A stretch of DNA of 63,910 bases, the filler included, from Octopus bimaculoides (taxonomy: Eukaryota), in NCBI RefSeq assembly GCF_001194135.2. It is 5 parts of 4 records of this genome, joined end to end, with 100 filler letters (N's around TTAATTAATTAA, not from the genome) between each part and the next. Parts side by side here need not be neighbours in the genome. Positions count along the whole stretch, not along the records: positions 16,398 to 47,659 come from NC_068985.1; positions 47,760 to 54,064 come from NC_068999.1; 3 more parts are not named here. One strand, given 5' to 3'. Made by a program: the position numbers and the translations under genes. Shown here one piece after another: positions 35,152 to 49,109 of this stretch. The notes below the pieces were generated by a model. That model saw only the letters and a program-made list of their open reading frames with translations. It searched no databases and had not been told where the DNA came from. Position 1 is the first letter of the stretch; every line of letters starts with the position of its first letter.

Positions 35152-35395
35152 GGTAGATTCGTTAGCATGCCGGGCAAAATGCTTGGCGGCACTTCATCTG
35201 CCTTTGCCCTCTGAGTTCAAATTTCGCCGGGGTCAACTTTGCCTTTCATCATTTCGAGGTCGATCAAATAAGTACCATTTGTGCACTGGGTCGAATGCTC
35301 GTTGTCTTGGTCCCGCTCCTGCACGTGCCCGTCCACCTCCGTCGTGTCTCCGACCCACAAAATTTCAGGACATGTGCTTGTAGAAGGAAGAATTA
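35152..35395 (+). mobile_element. SINE family A
   Basis: GGTAGATTCGTTAGCATGCCGGGCAAAATG...GAGTTCAAATTTC. Confidence 0.8.
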
Positions 35396-35421
35396 TTACT
35401 GGAACAGAGGCCTGTATAGTA

Positions 35422-35974
35422 CGAGGGTGAGTCAAAAAGTAATACTATTTTGTTTAGGACAGGTATAATTACCAACACAGGAACATGTATCATAGATCAA
35501 AATGAAGCTGGTCCTCTGTGAATCACATCCCTACTTCTCAACATAGTCACCGTTTCTCTCAATAGCAATGTTCCTCCTTCGAATGAAAGCATGTATCCCT
35601 GCCCTGTAAAATTCTGTTGACTGTTCTTTGAGCCACTTCACAACGGTTTTCACTTCCTCGTCACTGGAATAATGTTTGCCTCTCAAAACCTCTTTCGTGG
35701 CACCAAAAATATGATAGTCCGAAGGCGCTAAATCTGGTGAGTGTGGAGGTAGTGAAGAAGTGGCTCAAAGAACAGTCAACAGAATTTTATGGGGCAGGGA
35801 TACATGCTCTCATTCGAAGGAGGAACATTGCTATTGAAAGAAACGGTGACTATGTCGAGAAGTAAGGATCTGATCCACAGAGGATCAGCTTCATTTTGAT
35901 GTATGATATATGTTCCTGTGTTGGTAATTATACCTGTCCCAAACAAAATGGCATCACTTTTTGACTCACCCTCG
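35422..35974. mobile_element. Mariner-derived 553-bp foldback made of two 3' ends, TA TSD
   Basis: TA|CGAGGGTGAGTCAAAAAGT ... ACTTTTTGACTCACCCTCG|TA. Arms of ~225 bp both encode the transposase C-terminus (KWLKEQSTEFY...ERNGDYVEK*), and the centre encodes PPHSPDLAPSDY on the minus strand. Confidence 0.92.
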
Positions 35975-37281
35975 TAGTTTTTTTTTTGTTTGATATGAGT
36001 GTCATGTGGGTTTTGCAGCCGTAACTCTATAATATTTGACATTGAGAGTCGTTTTTGAAGGTCCTTTTCTTTGGCCTATACGGGGCTTCATTACTGTGTA
36101 TATTTAATTCCTTTAAAATTGCTAAACAGTGTTTGGTTAAGGTCTCACAGTTTTAGCTGATAACAATGGGTAAATCAATGGTAATGCTTGTTTATATCGA
36201 ATAACGAGGAGAGGCATGATAAAATATTCCGTTCCAATCCCTGTCTGGAGTGAAATCGAAGTAAGCAGAAATGTGTGCAAGTTTATGTGTGTGAGTGTGT
36301 GTGTCTGTGTGTGTGCTTTTTTCCTGACATCACATAATGCTCGTAAAACACCGTCATACAAAAGATGTCGCTTGCTTCCAGTCTTCCTCGAAAAACATGT
36401 CTAGTTACGGAAAAATATTATCATGTTTGGAGGCAATCTGTACTGAATATTTGAACCCCATGACAGAAATAATGTTTTAGAACTCACCTCTCCGGCACCC
36501 AAACGTGCAAAATTATTTTGAATGATTAGTTTCAGTAGTGATTCTGACTGTCTCAGAGTATCCTGATACTATTCTTATATGTCGGATCATCCTTTTTAAA
36601 ATTACGTGCAGGTGATATTTATGGTCCAACATGGGATGGTACATCAGGCATTTTTTTATGGCTGTCGTTATAGCTTTTACGGTTGCAGCTGTATGATATT
36701 TGACTTTGGAACCAGTTTTCAAGGTCTTTTTCCTTGGCCCATGTGGTGATAGTTCCATTATGTTAATACATGTGCTGAATGTTAATGCATGTGCTATTTT
36801 ATACGTTTTCTTGTATACTGCTGAATTCAGTATACCGCACATCGTTCAAAGAAGTACTGATCTCCTTTCTGTATTATTTTTTAGAACATAAATAAAGCTA
36901 CTATTGTCAGTCATTTGATTGTGTCTGAAGATTGTAATGCATGAAATAGTATTCATATAACATAATTTTCCCCCCTTTCTTTTAAACCATCGAAACGTGT
37001 AAAATAACAAATATTAAAATATTTCTTGAGAAATTGAAAGAAAATTTTATAAAAAAAAGCATTTTGTGAGTTTGGTAAGATCACCAAATTTTAGAGTCTT
37101 TTATAGTATAGTTTATAGCTTACACTCTGACACACAGACACAGAGAGAGAGACAAACGCAATAAGCTACTCTTCACCACAAAACGATTTTCTATTTCAAT
37201 AGTAGTTTATTATATCGAACTAAACATCAAAAGAAAAGTATCATCTGTGACATTATACAGACCATAAAGTGTGCGTCTCTC

Positions 37282-37316
<35 letters not shown>

Positions 37317-37537
37317 GTATATTATATATATATANNNNNNNNNNNNNNNNNNNNNNNNNNNNNNNNNNNNNNNNNNNNNNNNNNNNNNNNNNNNNNNNNN
37401 NNNNNNNNNNNNNNNNNNNNNNNNNNNNNNNNNNNNNNNNNNNNNNNNNNNNNNNNNNNNNNNNNNNNNNNNNNNNNNNNNNNNNNNNNNNNNNNNNNNN
37501 NNNNNNNNNNNNNNNNNNNNNNNNNNNNNNNNNNNNN

Positions 37538-37716
37538 TCGTCTATCACTACGTTCTGAGTTCAAATTCCGTCGAGGTCGACTTTGCCGTTCATCCTTCCG
37601 GGGTCGACTAAATAAGTACCAGTTACGCACTGAGGTCGATGTAATCGGCTTAATCTCTTCCTCCAGATTTGAGGCTTTGTGCTCCCAGTAGAAAGAATTA
37701 TAAATTATTATTATTA

Positions 37717-37767
<51 letters not shown>

Positions 37768-37978
37768 GGTTGCGAGTTGGCAGAAACGTTAGCACACCGG
37801 GCCAAATGCTTAGCGGCATTTCGCCCGTCGCTATGTTCTGAGTTCAAATCCGCCGAGGTTGGCTTTACCCTTCATCCTTTCGGAGTCGATAAATTAATAG
37901 CAATGAAACACTGTGGTCTGTGTAATCGACTAGTCCCCTGTCCCCAAATTTCAGTCCTTGTGCCTTTAGTAGAAATGA
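37538..37978 (+). mobile_element. Two tandem SINE family A copies joined by (ATT)n
   Basis: Copies at 37538-37695 and 37768-37978, with box B GAGTTCAAAT in both. Confidence 0.88.
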
Positions 37979-38415
37979 TTATTATTATTATTATTATTAT
38001 CATTATTGTTAGTTGTAGGAACAGGAGGTGTATTGAAGTATGTCACAGGGGAGAAAGACCTTAAGCCCGTCCAAAATCAAGCAGAAAGCTTGCTTTGGTA
38101 GTTTAGAACTTCGCACTCCATCACTCTCCTTCACCCCCATCTCTCTCTCAGCCAGACCCCCACTCCACTCCAATTCTTCCCCGCGTCTCGTAGTTAGTTT
38201 CTCTGAGACAAACAGTAACGAAACTATAATATACAGCATAGCGGAGAGAATCTCTAAGCAAACATTAACTCGAAGCGCCATTTCAGTTAATTGCCTGAGC
38301 ATGAGTTCCTTCAGACCAACATAAACACATTTTGGTAAAATGAGAATTTTACTTCGCTGAAATCTTTCATTCTCTCTTTTTCTTTCTTTCTCCATTTTTG
38401 CCTTCTTTGTTCTGT

Positions 38416-38477
<62 letters not shown>

Positions 38478-39384
38478 CTGTCTCGATCTATCTATCTGTC
38501 TATCTACACTTTCTACCTGTCCCTTTATACTTCCCCTTCTCCCTCTTTTATGCTGTTTTCTTTCTATCTTTCTTTCTCTTTTCTGTATATTCGCTTTTCA
38601 TTTATATATTTTCTTTACATTTATTGCTGTTTATTTTTTTTTATTTTTATCTCCACCAATTCTACGGGCTATCTTCCCCCACTCTCTCTGTGGTAATACG
38701 CTAAAATTGAAAAACACTGTAAAAACAGTTTTGGACGATTTAACTTGAAATTTCCCTCAACTCGGGACAGTAATTATAGCAATACNNNNNNNNNNNNNNN
38801 NNNNNNNNNNNNNNNNNNNNNNNNNNNNNNNNNNNNNNNNNNNNNNNNNNNNNNNNNNNNNNNNNNNNNNNNNNNNNNNNNNNNNNNNNNNNNNNNNNNN
38901 NNNNNNNNNNNNNNNNNNNNNNNNNNNNNNNNNNNNNNNNNNNNNNNNNNNNNNNNNNNNNNNNNNNNNNNNNNNNNNNNNNNNNNNNNNNNNNNNNNNN
39001 NNNNNNNATATGGGACCTATATATTATATATAATACATACACACATATATATGTGTATGTGTATGAATATTTTTACACACACACATACACACATATATAC
39101 GAGTATGCAAACAAAGACAAACACAAATATGAGTGTGACCTATCAAATCCCAAACCAAGAACACACGTTCATTTGTTCAGTTTTGAATGCCCCTTTCCGT
39201 CACCTGGCCTCTTCTATCGTATTCTTGTTCCATTTTTGACTCACTCTATTCATAAAATCACTGTCACCCCGCTTCCTCTTGTGAATAAACGCTGTTGTGG
39301 AATTCGTTCAAAGTTTCAAAGTTTGGACACTATAAGTCTACTAACTGTACAAAAATGCAAAATACAATTCCCACCATTATCCTT

Positions 39385-39875
39385 GCTCATGTTCAGTCCA
39401 CTGCTTGGCGAATGTCTCAGTATGCTCTTTCCACTAAATCCGGTCTAGTGTTTTCGTCATCCATATTTGGATGCCAAAGAATTTGACAAAGTCTTCATTA
39501 AAACTTCGACACAGTCTTAACCTCCATTTTTTTTCTGGACGTTGTGGCTGTTCTGTTAATTTGGTATTCCGTCTATTGTCTTTTTTTCTAAACATACATG
39601 CTGCGAAAGACCATTGCAGAGTCTTATTTTCCAGATAATATCCGTTAAACTTGTTGCCAATGTTGTTTTTCTATTTATCCATTTTGAAAATCATCAGCGT
39701 TCTCCAGTCCATAAATCTTTTGTGTTCTCTTAATTAATTTTCAATGCTCTTGTTGGTAGTCTATGATTCCGATGCATAAATAACGATAGGCAGCACACAC
39801 TCGTTCGAAAGTTTTCGTTTTAGACGCATGGACAAATTACTCGAAACTAATTCGAATCGCTGGCCAGAAGTATAT
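39385..39875 (-). mobile_element. Old RTE-type LINE 3' coding relic
   Basis: NLSMRLKRKLSNECVLPIVIYASES...LQWSFAACMFRKKDNR..KLTE..W.E..E.FAKQW. Confidence 0.65.
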
Positions 39876-40172
39876 ACAGACAGAGCAAAATTCATCCGTC
39901 GATGGCACCGATGAATAGAAATAAGCGCAAAATATCGGTATCTGTTTTTCTCTTTCACATCTGGAGCGTATCCTTTCACCTGGTTTTAAAGTATACTGTG
40001 GATTTTAACATACTATGTCTTTAAAAGGAATTTTCAGGACGAAATACCGCAACCCAAACGCGTTTATCAACATACTGCGCTAAGGATGTGACATATATAT
40101 ATACACGAGTGACTAGACATACGAAACAAAAAGGCACTCATACATTTAGTAGGTATTACATGTATTATTTAC

Positions 40173-40332
40173 AACAGTTTGATTTGGTTTTATGCAACTT
40201 ATCGATTCGCGGGCCGGTAACAGAAGCCTGTCTCATGCAAGCTTATATTACCGGTAATCTAAGCCCAAACGAGACGGGTCTCTGTTGGAGGCCCACGAAA
40301 TTCTAAGTCGCATAGAACCCAATCAAACTGTT
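40173..40332. repeat. 160-bp imperfect hairpin (MITE-like)
   Basis: 62-bp arms AACAGTTTGATTTGGTTTTATGC...GTCTC / GAGAC...GCATAGAACCCAATCAAACTGTT with a 36-bp spacer. Confidence 0.7.
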
Positions 40333-40339
40333 TTTATTA

Positions 40340-40464
<125 letters not shown>

Positions 40465-40524
40465 GAAGAAGAAGAAGAAGAGAAGAAGAAGAAGAAGAAG
40501 AAGAAGAAGAGGAAGAAAACGAAA

Positions 40525-42216
40525 TTGTACTCAAGTAATGTACTCCTCGGAGAAGTTAATATTAAAAGGGGAATCTTCCAAGGTGACTTGGTTTCTCCGT
40601 TACTATTTGTGATTGCACTAATACCCGTAACAGCGACACTTAAGAAAGTGAAGATGGGTCACCCACGTGAGAAGAAAGGCCCATCATTTAACCATCTTCT
40701 ATTTATAGATGACCTGATATTGTTTGGGAAATCTGAAAAACAGATAGATTCCTTAACCAAAACAGTCCAAAAGTGTGGTAAGGACATCGGTATGGAATTT
40801 GGGATTGATTACCAAATGCTCCGTACTTAATATGAAAAGAGGGAAGAAAGCAGCCTGCAGAGGATTGCGGTTACTGTCAGGAGAGACCATGGGTGAACCC
40901 AACGGTAGTGGGTATAGATATTTAGGGATTTTGGAGCTAGATGACATTCTACACAGAGAAATGAAAGTCAAGATCAGCGAGGCATATCAAAAAAGGGTGA
41001 AGATGGTGTTGAAATCCAACCTGAATGCCAAGAATTTGATTACCGCAGAGAATATCTGGGCAGTTGCGGTGGTCAGATATAGTGCGTCCATCCTCAAATA
41101 GACTAAGGAGGAAATATCAACACTGGATAGAAGGAAGAAAATGTTGATGACGCTGCATGGGGCGCAACACCCTAGAGCAAACGTAAACAGACTGTATATG
41201 AAAAGAAAGAAAGTTGGCAGAGGACTAATTATTATAGATCACTATATAAGAAGTGAAATGAGAACGCTTGCCGAGTATTTGATAAATAGTGATGAAGACC
41301 TGCTGCAATATGCCGCGAAAGATATGGGTGTAATGATGGGCAAGGAAGAGTTTAACCACAGAGCTGAGGAGAAGAGAAAAGAAGACCTTCTTGAATTGAG
41401 AGTGTATGGACAGTTTGAAAGGAATAAACAAGACGTTAAGGATAATACAGCATTGTGGGCATGGCTTGAGTGAAGCGTACCACCTAAAGCCTGATCATTG
41501 CTGCATAAGACCTTGCTCTTGCTACCAATTCAGTGAAGTATAACATCTATAAAATTTCTGACACCCAGAAATGCAGACTCTGTGAAAAGAGTGTGGAAAA
41601 TGTGACCCACTTGGTAAGTGGATGTGAGAGATTTGAACAAAAAGAATACAAGCGTTGCCACGATAAAGTGTGTGTGTATCTTCATTAGCTCTTATGCTGT
41701 AAATACCACCATGAAGTAACAGAGAACTGGTATGAGCATGTGCCAAGTAAAGTTATGCAGGAGGATGGAAAAGTAACGATACTCTGGGACTATGATTTTC
41801 AGACGGATCGTATAATCGCACACCATCGACTGGATATTGTTATATTGAGTAAGAGAGACAAATACTGCCAGATCATTGATGTAACCATACCAAATGACAT
41901 GAATGCTATGAGTAAAGAGGTTGAAAAGGTCACCAAGTACTCCGAATTGAAGGTGGAAATGGCAAGACTATGGAATGCGAGAGGGTAATGTAAAAGTGAT
42001 ACCAGTGGTGATCGGAGCGCTGGGCTCAATCCCATTGAAACTTCAAAACTTCTTAAGGCAACTGGAAATCCCATGCAAGATCGATGTCGTGCAAAAAGCA
42101 GCCTTATTGGGCACAGCGCACATCTTAAGGAAAGTATTATCTGTTTGAGGTCCTTGTTATGACTTGACAGATGATTAAAGACTCCGGTGCATTTTTACCG
42201 ACACTGCGTTACGAGG

Positions 42217-42217
<1 letters not shown>
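40525..42217 (+). mobile_element. Dong/R4-type LINE, 5'-truncated (RT C-half, zinc knuckle, RLE)
   Basis: IKRGIFQGDLVSPLLF, NHLLFIDDL, YRYLG, GRGL, CRLC..ENVTHLVSGC..HD, ILWDYDFQTDR..DIV..D..IP.D..KVTKY, QKAALLGTAHILRKVL. Flanked by (AAT)n(AAG)n and (AAT)n. Confidence 0.93.
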
Positions 42218-42250
<33 letters not shown>

Positions 42251-42854
42251 TTCTGAATCCAATTGTGTTGTTGCTTTAAAAGTTACGTTTACATATTTGG
42301 GTAGTCAGGGATAAATTTCATATAAAATTTATATTAAAGTTTTTGTTTCCTTGAGATGGTGGTTTGTCTATCCAGTTAGAGAATACAGTAGTACTTTTGC
42401 AATGAAAGGGATGTTTACATTTTCGAATACTCAAGGGGAAAGGAAAAGGTAGGTATTCACAGAAGATGTAGATATTAGAGTTTTTTTTTAAACTGATCGT
42501 TTTTGAGGGAGATTTAAAATATTCACAGGAAATTGTAGATATTCCAGTCTTTGGGAATAGTAGGAAGAAGAGATGTTCACATTGTTGAATTTTTGAATTT
42601 CTGAAGTTCATTCTCTTATGGAATTTCTCTTTTCTTTTTAAACGTTTTGCTGTGGTTTACACTTTTTGTAGTTGTGTAGTATGGATATGTTGGCAGGTGC
42701 TTACCTCCTTAATTCTTTTTTCGTGCATTTAATTTTGTTTTTACAATAAAAGGTATGTTTACATACAAAATTCAACAACGTGAATATCAGTAATTATATA
42801 TACATATTATAGGAAGCCAGACATAGTGTTAATTGGGAAAGAAAGCAAACGATG

Positions 42855-43005
42855 ATGGATCATAGATATAGCATGCCCAGCTGACAACAAGATATGCGAT
42901 TAGGAAGAAAGAAAAGTCAATTGATATGACAGGTTAGCTTGGGAGGTTAAGCAGTTGTGTTTGATAAAAAAAGGTGGTAGTAGTACCAATAATTGTCAGA
43001 GCCCT
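42855..43005 (+). mobile_element. Dong/R4-type RLE fragment
   Basis: WIIDIACPADNKIC..YDRLAWEVKQ..VVVPIIV.AL followed by (AAT)n. Homologous to 49110-49352. Confidence 0.75.
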
Positions 43006-43008
43006 GAC

Positions 43009-43051
<43 letters not shown>

Positions 43052-43053
<2 letters not shown>

Positions 43054-43222
43054 GTTTCAAATGTTGCAAAAAGGGTAGCAATTTTTGCGGGGAGGGGATA
43101 AGTCGATTCCATTGACCCTGTACTCAAGTGGTACTTAATTTATCGACTTCGAAAGGATGAAAGGCAAATTCGACCTCGGCGGAATTTGAACTCAGAAAGT
43201 AGAAATAGACGAAATGTCGCTA
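43052..43222 (-). mobile_element. SINE family A
   Basis: Reverse-complement body between (AAT)n tracts. Confidence 0.8.
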
Positions 43223-43264
43223 ATAATAATGATAACAACAACAGTAATAATAATAATATACATA

Positions 43265-44085
43265 TATTCTTTAATTCGTTTCAGTTATTTAACTGACGCC
43301 ATGCTCGAGGACCGCCTTTAGTCGAACATATCGACCTCAGGACTTATTCTTTGTAAGCCTAGTATTTATTCTATCGGTCTCTTAGGCTGAACCGCTAAGT
43401 TACGGTGACATAAATACACCAGCATCGGTTGTCAAGCGATGTTGGGGGGGGGGCAAACACAGACACACAAACACATACCTACATACACACACACGCACAC
43501 ACACATATACGACGAGCTTCTTTCAGTTTCCGTCTACCAAATCCACTCACAAGGCTTTGGTCGGCCCGAGGCTATAGTAGAAGACACTTGTCCACGGTGC
43601 CACGCAGTGGGACTGAACCCGGGACCATGTGGTCGGTAAGCAAGCTACTTACCACACAGCCACTCCTGCGCCTATATATGTTCTTTTATTCTTTTATTTG
43701 CTTTAGTCATTTGAATTCGGCCATGCTGGAGCAGCGCTTTTACTCGAACAAATCAACCCCAGGACTTATCTTTGTAAGCTTAGTACTTAATCCATCTTCT
43801 CTTTTGTCGAACCGCTAAGTTACGGGGACGTAAACACATTAACATCAGTTGTCAAGCGATGGTGGTGGTGGTGGGGGGAGAAACACAAACACACACATAC
43901 ATATATATATATATGCATATATACGACAGGCTTCTTTTAGTTTCCGTCTACCATATCCACTCACAAGGCTTTGGTCAGCCCGATGCTATAGTAGGAGACA
44001 CCTGCCCAAGGTGCCACGCAGTAGGACTGAACACGAAACCATACGTTTGGGAAGCAAGCTTCTTACCACACAGCTACACATTCAC
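43265..44085 (-). mobile_element. Two tandem near-full-length SINE family B copies
   Basis: Copies at 43265-43675 and 43685-44085. Head GGAGTGGCTGTGTGGTAAG (box A) and GGTTCAGTCCC (box B), internal (TG)n and a conserved tail. Confidence 0.9.
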
Positions 44086-44641
44086 CTATATATATATATA
44101 AATGAATGAATCAAATTTGTTATATGCATAAATATTTTTTGAGTAATTAAAATACGTTTTACTTCTTAGCATAAGGGGGAAAATAGTTTTGTTCTATATA
44201 TTCAGTTGTATGAACATCAAAATAGAAAAACATCTTTTCACTGAATGCTTTCGGATTAAAGGTTAGCTGAAAATATATTGGAGTACGTATTCATAAGATA
44301 AGTTTCATGGCAGATGGTACGTAATTATTAAATGCTAACAAGTATAGTGTTTCGCTGCGTAACCATATTATACTACCAATTATATTAAAGATTTACAAGT
44401 CAATGCTGTTCCTTACTTACGAGTTAGCAGTGCGATGTTCTCATTTTTAAGTTTATCTCTACAGATTTTCCATAGAATTCAGAGCCAACACTGAAAGTTA
44501 CGACGTTTCGTATACAAATACGTTTATACACTAATGCGAGCGACGATATAAAATAAACGTAATGGATGTATATGCATATTTCAAGAGTTATTGTTCTTTC
44601 ATCAACACCCGTATACGATATATATGTATAGAAGAAACCCG

Positions 44642-44724
<83 letters not shown>

Positions 44725-44727
<3 letters not shown>

Positions 44728-45180
44728 TTGTGTGTATGTGTGTGTGTGTTTGTTCTCGCCATCGCTTGACAATCGATGCTGGTGTGTTTATGTCCCCGTA
44801 GTCTAGCAGTTCAGCAAAAGTGGCTGATAGTATAAGTACTAGGCTAACAAGGAATAAGTCCTGGGGTCGATTCCTTCGACTATAATCCTTTAAGGCGGTG
44901 CTCCAGCATGGCCGCAATCAAATGGCTGAAACAAGTAAAAGAATCGAATAATAAAAGAATATCTATGTGTGTGTCTTTGTTTCTGTGCTTTCCCCCTTCG
45001 ACCGCTTGACAAGCGGTGTCGGTGTGTCATTACATTCCCGTAAAGTAGCAGTTCGGCCAAATGTGAACGATAGAATAAGCACCAGGCTTCAACGATTAGT
45101 TCGACTAAAACCCTTCAATGCAGTGCCCCAGCATGGCCGCAATCAAATGACTGATGCAAGTAATTGATAAAAGATAAAGA
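44725..45180 (+). mobile_element. Two SINE family B 3' halves in tandem
   Basis: CGCTTGACAA...AATAAGT...CAGCATGGCCGCAATCAAATG occurs twice. Confidence 0.8.
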
Positions 45181-45525
45181 TACCCGTTCAATTCTATGTT
45201 CTATAATTAGTTCTCATTTCACTTAGATTGAATCATCTACGTTCACCAACCGTTGGATTTATCCAAATGCTACATCTCAATATATACGTGTCTATGGATG
45301 TCTATTTCGCTTTTTTTAGTGTTCTTGCTTAAATTACCAGATATATCTCTCTATCTTTTACTTGTCTCAGTCATGAGACTGTGGCCATGCTTGTGTGCCG
45401 TCCTGAAGGGTTTAATCGCACGGATCGCCCCCCCCCCCTACATATACACATCTACACGCGTATATATATGTATATAAATGCGTGTATATATATATTGATG
45501 CATATATATATATATATATATATAT

Positions 45526-45562
<37 letters not shown>

Positions 45563-45583
45563 AAATAGATAGATAGATGCTTA

Positions 45584-45614
<31 letters not shown>

Positions 45615-45892
45615 TCGCATATATATATATATATATATATNNNNNNNNNNNNNNNNNNNNNNNNNNNNNNNNNNNNNNNNNNNNNNNNNNNNNNNNNNNN
45701 NNNNNNNNNNNNNNNNNNNNNNNNNNNNNNNNNNNNNNNNNNNNNNNNNNNNNNNNNNNNNNNNNNNNNNNNNNNNNNNNNNNNNNNNNNNTATATATAA
45801 GGTTGAGGAGGGTATTGGATCTAACTAAATCCAAAAGATACAGGTAATACCGAGTAAGTGCTGTATACCGACTAGTTTTGCCCCAGTCGTTG

Positions 45893-46244
45893 TTCAAATT
45901 CAAATACATTCCGTGTCTCAAGGAATTTCAATCGCTAAGAAGGTAACATACCTACACACATACACACACACACACTTACACACACACACATACACACACG
46001 CACACATATAGATGCATACGACTGAGATCCCCGTTGACAGGATCTTGGTATCAAATAAAGTGTTAACTCTGTCTGTCTGTCGGTCGGTCGCTCTATATAC
46101 ACACATATATACTGTAAGACTCTATCCATAAAATATATTTCCAACTTTACCATTGCTCTCTTTATCCTTTTATATATTTATGCATATATATNNNNNNNNN
46201 NNNNNNNNNNNNNNNNNNNNNNNNNNNNNNNNNNNNNNNNNNNN

Positions 46245-46280
<36 letters not shown>

Positions 46281-46772
46281 ATACATACATTGCAAGAGCA
46301 ATTGTATAATCATGCCACATGCGGTTTTACAGAACATCAGAGGAATGGAAAAAAACATTCTTGTCGCCAAGAATATAAATAATTAGAGACTGGAATCAGT
46401 TCAGAACAGAAACATCGCCAAAATGTTTGCAATTGATGTTGTTACGTGGAATTCAATCTGACCGTGCGCTGGAATTCATGTTGGATAGTAGATACGTAAA
46501 GAAATCTACATTTTACTCTCAACTATTTGGATTCTGCATAAAACCTGATAAAGACATTGAATGGTATTTAGTCAACTAGAAAGGATTTATACACTGCATG
46601 GACAAACCTAATGAAAGTATATAGCTAAATTTTCAAATTAATTCCCTTTGTCATCCCACGACCTGCTACATTGGTTTTCCTCAAACTTTACATTTGCGGA
46701 ATCATCCTTGATACTTCAAATTCAAATACATTCCATGTCTCAAGGAATTTCAATTGCTAAGAAGGTAACATA

Positions 46773-46836
<64 letters not shown>

Positions 46837-46940
46837 AATGCATACGACTGAGATCCCCGTTGATAGGATCTTGGTATCAAATAAAGTGTTAACTCTGTCT
46901 GTTTGTCTGTCTGTCGGTCGCTCTATATACACACATATAT
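45893..46940 (+). repeat. Local ~220-bp direct duplication
   Basis: 45893-46110 ~ 46715-46940, with an internal (CA)n of different length. Confidence 0.9.
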
Positions 46941-47616
46941 AAATATACGTGTGTGTGTGTGAGTATGTGTGTGTGTGAGTATGTGTGTGTGTGTCTGTTT
47001 GTGTAGGTATGTGCTGCGTCGGTGTTTATTCTCCACCACCGTTTGACAACTGGTGTTGGTTTGTTTACGTACTCGTAACTTAGACGTTAAGCAAAAGGAA
47101 CTGGGAGAATATGTAGCAGGATTAAGCACTAAGTATTGATGGGATGCGGGGTGATCAAGGCTTTGGTCGGTTCGAGGCTATAATAGAAAACATTTACCTA
47201 AGGTACCATCCTGTGACTGAACCCAGAACCATGGGGTTGGGCAGCAAGTTTCTTAGCACACAACCACGCCCGCGATTATATAGAAATGTAAACAGAAAAT
47301 ATATTGTGATAAGAATGGAAAGAAAGTAAAGATAAAATATAAGACAAATGAAGAACGAAATGTTGTTTGTATCTGTTATGTTTTACTAGTTTCAATCATT
47401 GGACTGTGGCCGTGCTGGAGTACCACATTGAGGAATGAATCAATTCAAGTTCTTAATTCTAAAGCGTTGTACTTATTCTATCGACATCTTGTGCCGAACT
47501 AAGTTACGGAACGTAAACAGTCCAGCACCGTCTGTCAAGCGGTAGTTGTGAGCCAACCGCAAATAAAAAGTCACACATGGATATATACTTACACACAAGC
47601 ACACAAACATATTATG

Positions 47617-47659
<43 letters not shown>

Positions 47660-48234
47660 NNNNNNNNNNNNNNNNNNNNNNNNNNNNNNNNNNNNNNNNN
47701 NNNTTAATTAATTAANNNNNNNNNNNNNNNNNNNNNNNNNNNNNNNNNNNNNNNNNNNNATATACGGGGGCACGCACACATCTATCGAGCTATACTCGCT
47801 CGCGAGTGACGGTTAAATATAATTGTGCGGGTGTTTATTCATACAAAAACAGAGACAGACAGACAGACAGAAATACAGATAAATAGATAGCTAGGTTGTG
47901 TATTTGTACAGTTGACAGAACTATATGGTTCAGATGCAACACAATGCAAATCCTTATAATAAACGTATCCTGCATCATCCCAATTTAGGTCGTAACCCAC
48001 CGCACCAACTCAGACCACCACAAAGACCCGCTGTCGATCCCATTGTATTAATGCATAGCATTTAAACTGTCCTAATCTTATGGAGTGCAAGATTATGCAA
48101 GGAAAGTATGTAATATGTCATTTATAATGACCAATGAGCGGAAATTGTGTGTGCGGATGAGTGTTTGCGTGGGGTGGGGGTTGTGTGTGTATGTGTGTGC
48201 GTGTGTATGTGTGTGTGTGTGAGTTTGCGTGTGT

Positions 48235-48287
<53 letters not shown>

Positions 48288-48345
48288 CACACAAACAGAC
48301 AGACTCGGACAGATAGATAGGCAGACAGACTGAGATAGATATTTT

Positions 48346-48391
<46 letters not shown>

Positions 48392-48474
48392 TTGATATAT
48401 AGATAGACAGATAGACAGACAGTCGGACAGGCAGACAGGTATTCGGACAGATAGAAAGACAGACAGACTGACGC

Positions 48475-48545
<71 letters not shown>

Positions 48546-48865
48546 TGATAGAACTTTTAATTATAGAATGTTAAATGCTCGTTTCTTTTGCTTTCTCTGC
48601 GTATTATAATATCTTCTTACGTTAGCTTTGCCAATATTCAACATAATTGTACAGTTATTGAATAGGTGAGAAAATGCTCATCAGTTAACAGACAATCATG
48701 CAATTACATATGTAATCACTTAATAGATCCGATAGCAGCGCATGAAATCCCAAACTCACAGTAATATTAAATATAGTATTAAATATCTATTTCTTTTATT
48801 AATATCCTAAATAGTAATTATCAACTTTATCTCCATTATTATTATTAGTAGTAGTAGTAGTAGTG

Positions 48866-48919
<54 letters not shown>

Positions 48920-49109
48920 TGGTCATCATCGTCGTCGTCGTCATTGTCGTCGTCGTCGTCATCGTCATCATCAGCTTCATTATTAAGGCGGCGAACCGGC
49001 AGAAACGTTATAGCAGGCCCGGGCGAAATGGCGAAAGAGGCTGAAAGGAATGAGGACAGAGACATTCGTCTTTAGTAAAACTCTGGTGAATCTTGAAATT
49101 TGAAAAGGA

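Noticed and set aside
42318-42700. Possible degenerate Penelope N-terminal fragment (minus)
   Set aside because: Only faint similarity (KFHKRMNFR, STTV..NW.D) across broken frames, which is insufficient.
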